Virus record (IMG/VR): IMGVR_UViG_3300022178_003255
Location: 1-45,128 of that record
Origin: a virus
Taxonomy: Duplodnaviria; Caudoviricetes
Length of the DNA stretch: 45,128 bases
Strand: one strand, 5' to 3'
In this document: positions 19,828 to 31,000 of the stretch, piece after piece
Layout of the letters: every line of letters starts with the position of its first letter
How positions within the stretch are numbered: the first letter of the stretch is position 1
Position numbers and translations under genes: made by a program
The notes under the pieces: generated by a model
What the model was told of the DNA's origin: nothing
What the model saw: only the letters and a program-made list of their open reading frames with translations
The model's database searches: none

Positions 19828-21834
19828 ATGCCACACGGATATCCACATACTTCTAGCACAACATCTACTCAAAGTAGAACAAACGCTCAAGGACTAGTAG
19901 CACCTCCTGGCTTTCACTACATGCCAGATGGTACTTTAATGTCAGATGCCGCTCACGCTAAACTTTATGATACAAAGATTATACAAGCTTTTGATTTAGA
20001 TTTATCAGATATAAATGCATCTGGTGAGGTTCGATCGTTTACTGTAAAGGGGTCTAACAATAGTGAGTTTAGGTTAGAAATTAAAAACGAAGATAATTAC
20101 TATTATAACTTTACTACAAACTCCTTTCAAGTCGCCCAAAGCACTCTTAAAGAGAAAGCGGTTGGTGGTAGTTACAATGGTAGAATAAAATTCCCAACAG
20201 TAACAGACGACGATCAATACGACATATTTTTATATGCCATGCCCGGAACAAAGCACGCTCTATATAATGAAGTTAGATTTGGTGATGGTAGTATAGATAT
20301 AAATAGTTCAACGGGCTCTAGTTCTTTAATCATGCAAAAAGTTGTACACCAATACACTGATGTGACGTTGACAATATCAAACTATTCTCCAAGTGGAACT
20401 ATTGAGCTTGGAAGTTTATCTACAAAGCAAATCGCTTTGTCAAGAGGGAAAAGTTTAAGTAAAACTCCATTTGAAATATCCTGCTCTGTAACCACGGCTG
20501 CAAAGTCATATAGAATTATAAAACAACCATCAGCAAATGACGTTATAGCTTTTATAGAGCCGGTGATTGGATCTGCGCCAGTTGATTTACCAGGAGAAAA
20601 AATATATCCGGTTGTTAGTAACACAGACACTGTAGATGGTACTGGTTTTGCTGCTGGTACTGCGGTTAAGATTGTTATGGATACTAACGTTGCTGACAAA
20701 ATGGTTGTAGGAGATAAAATAACTATAGCAACAACCGCCTTAACAGATACGGTAGATGGCGCTGTTTCTAGTGGCGTAAAAGTTGTTATGGACAACAATG
20801 TTGCTACAAAAATGGCTGTTGGTGATAGAATTACAGCTACTTTATCTGGTGTTCCACATGTTCTTTTAAACCAAACAAATCCTACAATAGTAACTGTTGC
20901 CGCTTTAAATCCAGACGGTGACAATGCTAAAGAGTTTTCAATGTCACAAGCAGTAGGTTTGGCCGATGGTGAAACGTTAACTTTTACTCCAAAATGCAAT
21001 AGAGAGTTATTTACAGTTGCGGCTTTAAACCCAGATGAAGATAACGCAAAAGAGTTTTCTTATGTAGATTCAGCAGGTGGTACAAGTTCTAGATTTGGTG
21101 TTCGTGATGGAGCTACGTTGAGCTTTAGCAATCAAAAGAATTTTAGTTGGCCTATAACTAAAGCTAACTTAGTTAAAGAGGGTATGATAGTTGTGCCGGG
21201 CACTAATGTTACAGCGGGCACTATGGTTGGTGTATATGAAGATAAGACAACAATATTTGAGGGCACTAAAGACGAGAGGGTAATCATTAAAAACACAAGA
21301 CCAGCTATAAGTACAGTTGGTAAAACCCCAACAATAGCAAAAGGACTAATCACGGCTCAAGACGGTGATGTTGTTTTTGACAAACAGCAAGTGTTAGCTT
21401 TAGCTGGTGACACTTTAAAAGTCGGTGGTTATGGCGAAAGTCAAATATATAACCTATATGGTTATAAGGTAAAGTTTAGTGACTTAAAAATAAGTTTAGC
21501 AGAAATATCAACAACAACAACTAGCGCTGTAAGTAACAGTACTAGTGTTCCTATTGCTTCTAGAAACGGTATAATAGATGCTATTAGTACCGTTAGTGGT
21601 ATAGGTATAAATCCATCTGTAGCAAATCCAACTGTAGCTAGTGGAGCAGGTGCTGTTAGTGGAGCTGGAACTATTGTTCTTAGTGCGGCGCAAACACTAG
21701 AAGATGGTATAACATTGACATTTAAAGGTGCTGGGCAAACAGCTACTATAAGTGGTAATATAGAGGTTTTAGAAGTAGGTACATCTAGTCAAAACTTAAG
21801 GTTTGATGTAGAAAAGCTACTCTCTATAACGTAA
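19828..21834 (+). CDS. Putative virion structural (fiber-like) protein with nested internal duplication
   Basis: 668 aa, rich in T/S/G/V beta-strand sequence; N-terminal GFHYMPDGTLM motif; duplicated segments at ~20620-21130. Confidence 0.55.
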   Translation: MPHGYPHTSSTTSTQSRTNAQGLVAPPGFHYMPDGTLMSDAAHAKLYDTKIIQAFDLDLSDINASGEVRSFTVKGSNNSEFRLEIKNEDNYYYNFTTNSFQVAQSTLKEKAVGGSYNGRIKFPTVTDDDQYDIFLYAMPGTKHALYNEVRFGDGSIDINSSTGSSSLIMQKVVHQYTDVTLTISNYSPSGTIELGSLSTKQIALSRGKSLSKTPFEISCSVTTAAKSYRIIKQPSANDVIAFIEPVIGSAPVDLPGEKIYPVVSNTDTVDGTGFAAGTAVKIVMDTNVADKMVVGDKITIATTALTDTVDGAVSSGVKVVMDNNVATKMAVGDRITATLSGVPHVLLNQTNPTIVTVAALNPDGDNAKEFSMSQAVGLADGETLTFTPKCNRELFTVAALNPDEDNAKEFSYVDSAGGTSSRFGVRDGATLSFSNQKNFSWPITKANLVKEGMIVVPGTNVTAGTMVGVYEDKTTIFEGTKDERVIIKNTRPAISTVGKTPTIAKGLITAQDGDVVFDKQQVLALAGDTLKVGGYGESQIYNLYGYKVKFSDLKISLAEISTTTTSAVSNSTSVPIASRNGIIDAISTVSGIGINPSVANPTVASGAGAVSGAGTIVLSAAQTLEDGITLTFKGAGQTATISGNIEVLEVGTSSQNLRFDVEKLLSIT

Positions 21835-21835
21835 T

Positions 21836-21866
21836 AGTAAAAAAACAAGCAAAACTGTGACTATAT
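21836..21866 (+). promoter_or_regulatory. Candidate bipartite phage promoter AGTAAA-N15-GTGACTATAT
   Basis: Same two boxes and spacing recur at 34632-34662; both copies lie at module boundaries. Confidence 0.45.
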
Positions 21867-21888
21867 TAGATATAAATTAAATTAAATT

Positions 21889-22437
21889 ATGTCTAAAAAT
21901 GAATTACAAAAACTGTGGAGTTTAGATATAGATCTACCCTACAGGGAGAAAGTAGAGAAACTGCAAAACATGTTTGCTGTAGCTCTTGAGGGTGATGTTG
22001 ATATAAACAATAATGGCAATAGTGTTGTATATCCTGAGTCAACAAAATATAACCATTATTTTTCCGATGGACTATATGTAAGAGAAATGTTTTGTAAGAA
22101 AGATTATTTGTGTTTTACAGTTATACACAACACTGCTAACCCACTTTTTTTAATGAGTGGTAAGGTGGCTTTTTCTTCAGAAGATGGGGTCGAAGAGTTA
22201 ACGGCACCTACTTTTATACTAACAAAACCTGGTACAAAAAGAGTTTGTTATTGGCTCGAAGATAGTGTTATAGTTACAGTGCACCCAAACCCAGATGGAC
22301 TAACGGATCTAAAAGAAATAGAGGAGAAGATGTTCGCGTGTAATTGGGATCAGTATGACGAAGGGCTGAAGCAAGACGTGTGGCAGATGTTTGAGCACAA
22401 AGAGTATCAAAAGAGAATAAAAGAAAAAAACAAATAA
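21889..22437 (+). CDS. Cupin-fold protein preceding internal virion proteins
   Basis: HYFSDGLYVREMF...IH...LMSGKV...APTFILTKPGTKRV...EDSVIVTVHPNP pattern of phage cupin-like proteins. Confidence 0.65.
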   Translation: MSKNELQKLWSLDIDLPYREKVEKLQNMFAVALEGDVDINNNGNSVVYPESTKYNHYFSDGLYVREMFCKKDYLCFTVIHNTANPLFLMSGKVAFSSEDGVEELTAPTFILTKPGTKRVCYWLEDSVIVTVHPNPDGLTDLKEIEEKMFACNWDQYDEGLKQDVWQMFEHKEYQKRIKEKNK

Positions 22438-22438
22438 T

Positions 22439-23152
22439 ATGAGTGGAATAATTATTGGAGCTGGTTTAATTGTGGGCGGTGGCGTATACATGGCAAATAA
22501 GTCCGGGAAGTCAGCTGATAAAGCTGCTTCTGCAGCACAAAAAAACATAGACGAACAAAATAGAATTGCTAAGGAGAATCTTCAGTTTCAAAGAAAAGAA
22601 GCGGCAAAACTCGAAAAACAAAAAGATGTATATAGAAAATTTGAGTTTACAAATCCTTATGAAAACATGGAAAACGTTTATGAAGACGCCACTATAGACA
22701 CAAGACAAGCTGACATGCAAAAGCAGATGTTTGAGCAAAGTCAAGCTAATATTATGCAGAGTATGCAGGGTGCAGCCGGTGGATCCGGTATAGCGTCTCT
22801 AGCACAAGCTATGGCAAACTCAGGTCAATTAGCATCACAGAAGGCTTCCGCATCAATAGGGCAGCAAGAAAGAGCTAACCAGCAAAGATCTTTAGCTGAA
22901 ACATCTAGAATAGATATGCTACATAGGCAGGGTGAAGCTGGTATTGAAGAAAAAGAAATGAACAGACAGTCAACATTGCTTGGTATGCAAATGGGTCAGT
23001 TAACTGGCGCTAATACAGCTGTGGCCCAATCACAGCAAAATCAAATGGCAGCAAACGCCTCGCTAGCAAATATGCATGGTCAGCAAGCAGCTGGTCAAAT
23101 GCAAGCGGCTGGTCAGATGTTTAGTACAGGTGGGCAGATGATGGGAAAATAG
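22439..23152 (+). CDS. Putative internal virion/ejection (pilot-like) protein
   Basis: Gly-rich hydrophobic N-terminus followed by a Q/A/M-rich coiled coil. Confidence 0.6.
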   Translation: MSGIIIGAGLIVGGGVYMANKSGKSADKAASAAQKNIDEQNRIAKENLQFQRKEAAKLEKQKDVYRKFEFTNPYENMENVYEDATIDTRQADMQKQMFEQSQANIMQSMQGAAGGSGIASLAQAMANSGQLASQKASASIGQQERANQQRSLAETSRIDMLHRQGEAGIEEKEMNRQSTLLGMQMGQLTGANTAVAQSQQNQMAANASLANMHGQQAAGQMQAAGQMFSTGGQMMGK

Positions 23153-23180
23153 GGTAAAAGTAAATTAAACAAAAACAAAT

Positions 23181-25085
23181 ATGGGAGCAGATTCGGTTTT
23201 AGTAAACGCAGCGCATAAATTAGGCATGTCCAGGGTTCCTGGTGATACCGCTGAAATATTTAACAAACAATATGAAGGACTTATAGCATATCACAAAGCT
23301 TCTGCAGATGCAACAGTAGAAGGAGTTAAAGCTGGTGTTGTGGGTGGTAGCGTTGTTGGTGGTTTAGTCGCTGATGGTGTTAATGCTATCATTGCTGGAT
23401 CGCAAAAGAGAGGAGCTGAAAAAGATTTTGCTAAAAGTGATCAGACTCAAGCTGACACAGACGCGTTGAATACGAGGAAGGCTGAAATAAAAGAAGATCA
23501 AGCGGGGAAAAAACTAAAAAACAAGAGTAGGCACAAAAAGCTTGCTGACGCTGTGTATGCGAAGGATAGCAAGACTGAGGATGGTGGAGAAACAAAAGGA
23601 GAGACTAGAGCGGGGGACCTTCAGCTTTACAAAGACAAATTAGATTATAAAAGGAAAAGTAAACAAGAAGAAAAGTATGACAGTAACAAATATAGCGATG
23701 GTACTCACAAAACAATAGAAGATTTAGAGAGAGAACATGAAGAAAAGTATGGCGATAAAGACACAAGTGAAGAATATAAGCTTGGCGACTTTAGCGGGTT
23801 AAATCTAAGTGGTGGTAGTGGTAGTGCTTTTGAGAAAAGAACACCGGTTAAAAAAGTATCTCCAGTTAAAAACGTTGATGAAAAACCAGTGGGTATTAAT
23901 ACTAGTAATCTTAGAAAATCCTCTGGACCAAAGAAATCTACTATACTTTCTGAGGATAAAAATGTAAATCAATCTCCAAGCGCTAGTGAGATGAATAAGA
24001 CTATAGAAAAAATGGTTACTGATCTTGCTATTGACGGTATTAAAAAAGCCGGCAAACACTATGATGATGGAGGTGGTATGAATAACGCTCACTTTGAGGC
24101 TGCTGATCTTGGGTTTCGTACTATAAAAAACCAAATATATAGCTTAATCAATAAAAAGAATATGACTCTTGAAGATAAAAAGCAAAATAATTTTCTTCAA
24201 AAAGAAGCTGAAAGGTTGAAAAAGAACGTGGTTAATATAAAAGGCTTAGTCATACAAACCGCTCAGGCTTATAATGAGGGGCATGTAAACGCGGACTTAA
24301 GCTTTTTAGGTAGACCGAACGAGCAAATGCTATTAAAACAAGTGATGGATCCTAAAGCTAATCTTGGGCAACTTGGGATATCAGCTATGTGGAAGGACGG
24401 GGAGTTATATTACGAGTACGGGCCAAGTCAAATGGCGATGGAGTACGCTGCTAATAAGGGTGTTGAAGTAGATCCTGAGCAGATAATGAGTGATGAGAGA
24501 AAAACAATAGCGGCAAGCACACTATTTGGTATGGCTGTCATGAAAGACACTAAGTCAGAAAACGATATTAATGGAGTTATTAAGAAGGCTGGTGAGGATG
24601 CTATAGAGAAAATTGGAAATACTGGTCAACTTTTAAATAGTGATTTTAGTAGAGTAAAAGGTAGTATTGAGAACAATTTTAGAGATATATTTGAAAATAG
24701 TAAGGTAAACTTTCAAGATTTAGCAACTAGAGATTTAACGATAGGTGGCTCGAAAAGAAACTATAAAAAAGATTTAGAACTAAACCCAGAGATCAACGCT
24801 TTAACATATACCAACCTAGGTTTAACAGCTTCGTTTGATGAGAATAGCGATGGTGTTATATCTGGTGATGAATTAGCATCGCGAGATAGAGAGATAATTA
24901 TAGAAACACTAACAAACCCAAAAACTTCAGATCAAAAAGAAGCGGCTGTAAATGAACTAACAAAGTACTGCACATGGTTAGCGGCCCAAGAGTTTCATTA
25001 CATGAGAAAAGCTAGTGGAGAAGATAAAGGTGGAAAAAAATCAATATTAGCACAAGACTTAATCGCAAAATATAATAAAGCTTAA
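23181..25085 (+). CDS. Putative internal virion/ejection protein with an EF-hand-like loop
   Basis: Between the pilot-like and giant genes; Gly/Val hydrophobic stretch near the N-terminus; DENSDGVISGDE loop. Confidence 0.5.
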   Translation: MGADSVLVNAAHKLGMSRVPGDTAEIFNKQYEGLIAYHKASADATVEGVKAGVVGGSVVGGLVADGVNAIIAGSQKRGAEKDFAKSDQTQADTDALNTRKAEIKEDQAGKKLKNKSRHKKLADAVYAKDSKTEDGGETKGETRAGDLQLYKDKLDYKRKSKQEEKYDSNKYSDGTHKTIEDLEREHEEKYGDKDTSEEYKLGDFSGLNLSGGSGSAFEKRTPVKKVSPVKNVDEKPVGINTSNLRKSSGPKKSTILSEDKNVNQSPSASEMNKTIEKMVTDLAIDGIKKAGKHYDDGGGMNNAHFEAADLGFRTIKNQIYSLINKKNMTLEDKKQNNFLQKEAERLKKNVVNIKGLVIQTAQAYNEGHVNADLSFLGRPNEQMLLKQVMDPKANLGQLGISAMWKDGELYYEYGPSQMAMEYAANKGVEVDPEQIMSDERKTIAASTLFGMAVMKDTKSENDINGVIKKAGEDAIEKIGNTGQLLNSDFSRVKGSIENNFRDIFENSKVNFQDLATRDLTIGGSKRNYKKDLELNPEINALTYTNLGLTASFDENSDGVISGDELASRDREIIIETLTNPKTSDQKEAAVNELTKYCTWLAAQEFHYMRKASGEDKGGKKSILAQDLIAKYNKA

Positions 25086-25089
25086 TTAT

Positions 25090-28000
25090 ATGACAAAGGC
25101 AGAAGTAATATTAAACGCTATTAATAGTGGCGCAACAGACGAGGAATTAGTGGTATTGGAAAATACTCCTGAAGAGCAATTTACTGTGGAGGTTAAAGAA
25201 GAAGAGGAAGTAGAAGAGGTTGAAGAAGAAACAACAGCTACCGAGGTAAAGGAAGACCCAACACCGGAGGGTACCACGGTGAAGGAAGAAAGTACGGTAT
25301 CCACTGGGGAAGAAAGTTCTACGGAATCACAAAAGTTTAGTGAGTTAGATAAGGAGAATGACAGGGCTCTTCGTCCAGATCGATACGATGTAAATGGAGA
25401 TCTTAAACCTGAGTTTGAGGTGTATACTGACTCTAAGGGAATAACTCACTCTAGGAAAGTAAGAGAAAAAACAGATACCTCTGTAGGTGAAAATGACTAC
25501 GTATTTAGAATCGACAAAACGAAAGACAAGGTCGGACAAGTTGTAGATATGTACAACACTGTAAATGAGAATGACGAAGAGGTGAAGGGTTTATTAAAAA
25601 GTAGACCTGACCCTAATATTCAAGACGTTATAGAGGAGGTGCAAAAAAGTCGGTATAAAGCTATAACAGATGGCATGAGTCAAGAGGAGCTTGATGACAT
25701 GCACCTTATGCTAAAGACTAAAAAGGGTTTGAATGTAACTACAACTGGGATATTTGCTTTACCAGAAGTAGTTGTTGAAGAAGATTTTATCACAACTGAG
25801 GTAACGAAAATAGATATAAAAAGAGGAAAACAAGTAAGAGCGTTATTAGCTGATATTGATTTTAACAATAAAGAGGTTAAAGAGATAATTGCTGAGGAAT
25901 ATTTTGATTTTAGTGGAATACCTCTGAGAAACACAGGTAAGCCTGAAGATATTATACATGACAACAGGCTACTCGCGAAAACAATACCGTTAGAAAAACA
26001 ACAGCAATTTAGGCGTTGGAAAGAAACAGGTGAATTACCAATGTACTCATCTGTAGACGGGTTTGGAATAAGTATGGATATGATAAACAATGCTGTTGCT
26101 TCGGTAAAGGATAAAACAGTGCAGACTTATTTCGAAGGACTTTCCATCAAAGAAAGATTTGACGTTATGAAACACATGCCCTCTGCTACTCCAGGGACTA
26201 CGTCTTTCGTTGATTACTATAAACAACGTAGAAAAGATGAGATAGATTTCAAAAAGAAATATGGGTATACGTTGTCACACAAGCAAAAAGGCCCAAGTAA
26301 TATGGACGATCGTATTTACACGCCAGTAAATGATTATGGAGCGGATTGGGCGAAGCATTTTTCAAAAGCAGTTAACGAATCGTCTAACGATTATATAAAA
26401 AAGACTTCAGATCGCGTAATAAAAGATAACAAAGACCTAGAACTTGAGAAAGAAAAATTCAACGCGCTTAATGGTGACTTCATGGCTAGGGCGAATAAAC
26501 TAAACAGAGAGTTAGAAGGTCTAGGCAGGGTAACTTCTGATTCTCCACCTGATGTTATTGATAATTACAATGCTATAATTGGGGAATTAAGGGTGTTAAA
26601 GCAAAACATTGCAGATCGTGGGCTAGGTGATATATATGCGGATATTAGTAGGCGCTCTGAAAAACTTAAAGCAGATATCGACGGTCTTACCGATGTAGCT
26701 GAAGTTAACGAGGATTTAAGTATTATTGCTTACGCAAGTGGACTTAATTATTCCAACATAGACAGAACGGTGGCAAGTATTGAAAAGGGATTGGTTAATC
26801 CAGTTAGCGTTGCGGGTTCAGATCTTATAGATTTTGTTTCGGCTGATACGTGGGATTTAGGAGGCAAGGCAAGACAACATAGTATAAAAACTGATGAGGA
26901 TTTTGAAGAAACTTTTTCTAGAAACTTAAGCTTTAGCTGGCAAAATTTAGATATTTGGTTACCACAAGCTTTAGCTAATAACTCAGCTAGTATAGCGGCT
27001 GTTGGTGGGTTTTTTGTAAACCCCGCTTTAGGGTACTCTTTATTTTTTGGAATGGGGTATGGTCATAAAGTTACAGATATAACCCGAAGTAGGCAAGCGG
27101 CAGACAAGCAAATCGAGGGTGTAAACCTTAAACTAAGTAAAGTAACAACGGAGGACGAGAGACTATCTCTTTTAAAACAAAAAGATGATTGGCAAAGAAA
27201 AAAAGATATAAGCTATTGGCAGGAGCGAACATCTGGTATATTAGCTGGAACTTCGGAGTTAGTTTGGGAAAGACTTGGTTCTGTTAACGCTATAAAGAAT
27301 TTCTCCAAATGGTCTAGGGTTGTCGGTAAAAGTGGGTTTAAGAGAGCTATGGGGGTAGGTTATGGTATTGGTCTCACACAGGTAATAGAGCTTGGGGAGG
27401 AGACCGGTACTGAAATCACCAACAACATCTCAGATATAGTGAACTTAAAAGAAGACAAGACGATTATTGATGGTATGAATAAAGATTTTTTTGCCAACGT
27501 AATAGTGACTGGTCTAGCGTTGCAAGGTAAAAATATAGGGCAAACAACTTGGAACTTATTCTCCGAACAAGTTAGAACAAGAGATCAGAAAAAAATAAAT
27601 GGAGATCGATTACAAAGAATTCATGAAATTGACGAGCAGTTGCAAAATCCACTTACGTTAAATTCTATCGAGGTAGAAAAGCTTGAAAACGAGAAAATGG
27701 ATCTTATAGAGCAGGCGGGTATAGAGACAGTCATGAACATCGACAATCTTAATAACTTAACGTTTGAGGAGAAGCAAGTAGTTTTTGAAAAAGCAAGGCA
27801 AGCCCAAGAGACGCTTAGAGAGCTAGAGGCTCTTGGTGCTACTGGTGATCTTACATCTAATTATGCTAAAAAGAATAAGAAATTCTTGATGGATAAGTAT
27901 AATGAGTTGGTTGGGGAAAAAGATCAGTTATTAGATAAGAACGGTAAAGAAATAAGAGAAAGAGCAAAAAACAGTAACAACCCCGCTGCCGCTGCTTACA

Positions 28001-31000
28001 ATGCTGGTTTTAATAATTTCGCAAACAATCTTGCTAGATATAATGCCAATAAAAACGGTAAGCAGTTTACGCAAATAAACGATATTAGTAATCTAAAGCA
28101 AAATGAAGAATTGTTTGATGATTATCAAGAAATATTAGAGGCTTATGAAGCTGGGGACTATGCTTTTCACTCTGAAAACGGTGATGTTTATGTTTTTCAA
28201 GAGAATGTAGATAATCAAATTTACGGAACCGTTGCTACAAATACTATCACTGGAGAAAAGGTTTATTCCGATAACAACACTTTGGAAGCTATGATAGCCG
28301 CTGTATCGCCACTGCACGAAAACCTACACGATAGAAACAGAACTGTTGGTATTATAAAAGATGGAAAGGTAGTAGAGTCAGCGGTTGAGGCTATAGAGGG
28401 TATAGAGGCTGAGATGCAATCTTTATTAGCTGCTAACAGAATAACTCAAGAGGTTTTTGATTTATTTAAAGCTAGAAAAGATTTATACACAGACGAAAAC
28501 TCTGGACAAGTTAACATGGAGGAGCTTATTAACCTCGTGGGTGATCTGCATTTTATAGGGGCTTTACCTATTAGTAGTTTTAATAACTTGTTTGGATTAA
28601 AGTCACTTCTTAACAATGCTGCTAGTTATTTCTTTGAGGAGTCAGCGCCTATGTTTAAGTTTAAAACAAAGGATATATTTGGTTACGTACAAAGTTTTTA
28701 CAAACAAAGTAAGTCTAGGAAGTTAAAATTATCTACGCGTGTTACTGATGATAAAAAAGCTATAAGTTTATCTAAAAGTACATACGATCAGTTTAGCCCT
28801 GAAGAATTAGTAGAAATCATTAAGGATCCACTTTACGATGACACGCAAACAATAGCCGCTGAAAACTCTTTAACAAAACAATTTGACTTATTAGCTTTAG
28901 ATGCTTTAAAATACGACACAAGAAAAGGTGATATTGCTAGAGAAGAGGTTATAGCAGCAGCAAGAGAATACTTACCGGGTATTATAAATAGATTTAATCC
29001 AGAAAGCGCCAAGTTTTCCACATTTGTAAATGGTAATATAGCGCCAAAACAAGCTGTAATATATGAAGAAGCAAAAAGCTTAAGCTTTGAAACAGTTAGC
29101 TTAGATGCTCCACAAGCACAGCAGTTAGCTGATGAGACTACCGAAGTAGAAAGTAATTTAACTGAAGACAAGATAACTAAAGTTAATGTCTTACAGGTTG
29201 GCAAAATAGCTAGTAAACAAAATGAGATTAGAAAGGCTACAAAAGTTAAAAAAGGAGATACACACAAGCAAATTACAGATAACAACAAGGGTAATATTGG
29301 GAGTGTAATATTTAATATTCCAGCAAATAAAATAGCTAATCCTAAAGACAACATAACAACTTCTAGTAAAATTGTAAACCCTCAAACTGGTAAACCAGTT
29401 AAAAAAGGAGAAACTGGTATACCTGAACGTTCTGAAGCTACAAATATTCAAGATCACTTTGCTGATATAAATACAGCTAAAAGTTTTATAAAAATACTAA
29501 ACCCGACCAACGTTAGTGAAAAAGATGCTGATATAAATAAAATAGGAGAAAACATACGAGTTTCAAGAAATGTTTATGGTAGAGCTATAGGTTTACCAAA
29601 TAGAATTTTAGAATATTTTTATGATCAAGCATTTAAACCCGATGGAAAAAGACTAAGATCACAGGGGTTAACATCGCAAGTTGGGATGTGGAAATTAAAA
29701 CCTAAGTTTAAAAATCTTAATGATACTGAGTTAACAAAAGTTGCAGAGCAATTTCAAAGAGATTTAGGTATTACAGAGCAACAAGAGGTTAATAAATTAC
29801 CTACAAAAGAAAATAGATCGGTGATAGGTCAGTTACTCAAAGGAGCGGCTGTGGTTGCTAGTATGCAAGTGTCATTATCCTCAGCTCAGAGAAGATTAGC
29901 AGCGTTTCCTACCTTGGCTCGTAGAGGAGCTAAAAAAGCAAAGGCCCAAGAAATAGCTGATGTAACAGCTGGTCAAAGTAAACTTGCTTTTAGTAAAACT
30001 GGTAAAACTAGTTTAGACAATGGTACTAAAAGGTTAAACAAAACTTTAAATAATTCTGACAATATTATAGAAGCTAGAGAAGAAGCTGGCAATATTGATC
30101 CGGAATTTATAGATAAAGAAAATAGAGATACCTTAAACAAAAATCTCGCATTCCATAAGTTGAAACCAATGCACGCTTATGATTCGGCTACGGATATTGA
30201 TTTTATTATTAAGGGGTTTAAAAGAATCTCCACGGTATTAAATCAAGAAACCGCTAACTACACTATTTTCTTTAAAAGCGATAGACATATACCGGCTAAC
30301 GTCAGAAACAACTTAATTGTTGATCCAAAAACCGGAGAACAAATAAAAGTTAGAGATTATTATAAACGAGAAATTAGAATAGCTTTTCCACCTAAAACAA
30401 CTTACGGAAAGAAATTTACCGGCCCAGCTTCAAAATATAGAAAAGGTAAGAAGTTTGGTAAACTTTATGGTCAAACAGCTGCGGATTTTAGAGCGGCAAT
30501 GAAAACCGGTAGAAATTACGAGGGATCAGGTGAAAACACTGTAAAACTAACTATTCCAGAGATAAATGAGATGCATGAAAGTATGGGTACTCAACTTTGG
30601 CAAAGAATAAATGATGATATAAATGGGCCAAATGGAAACAGAGAAAACGCTAGAATTTGGGCTAACTATCTCGACTTAGCGACAAACAATACCGAGCATC
30701 CACATAGGCAGTGGGCTGAGTTTATAGGTTGGACTAAAAAACCTCTTGGATCGAATCCAAAAGGAAACATTGATCCAAACTCGGAAGGATACAAGGTTTA
30801 TGAGTGGGAACACGCTATGCAATCCGCAAAGTCTATTAATTATTTAATGCATTCTATATTAGGTGATTACAATTTTGACGCTGCATTTGAGTTGATAAGA
30901 AGAAATTACAAGTTAATAGCGTTAGACAACTACGATGATAAGGTTAAATTAAAAGGAGCTAAAAGAACACACAGTATGGGTGACGGGTGGACAGTGTTAG

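Noticed and set aside
20382-20999. 205-aa antisense ORF, and similar ones at 4957-5343, 28833-29354 and 39730-40254
   Set aside because: Shadow ORFs opposite well-supported genes, explained by codon bias; no recognisable motifs.
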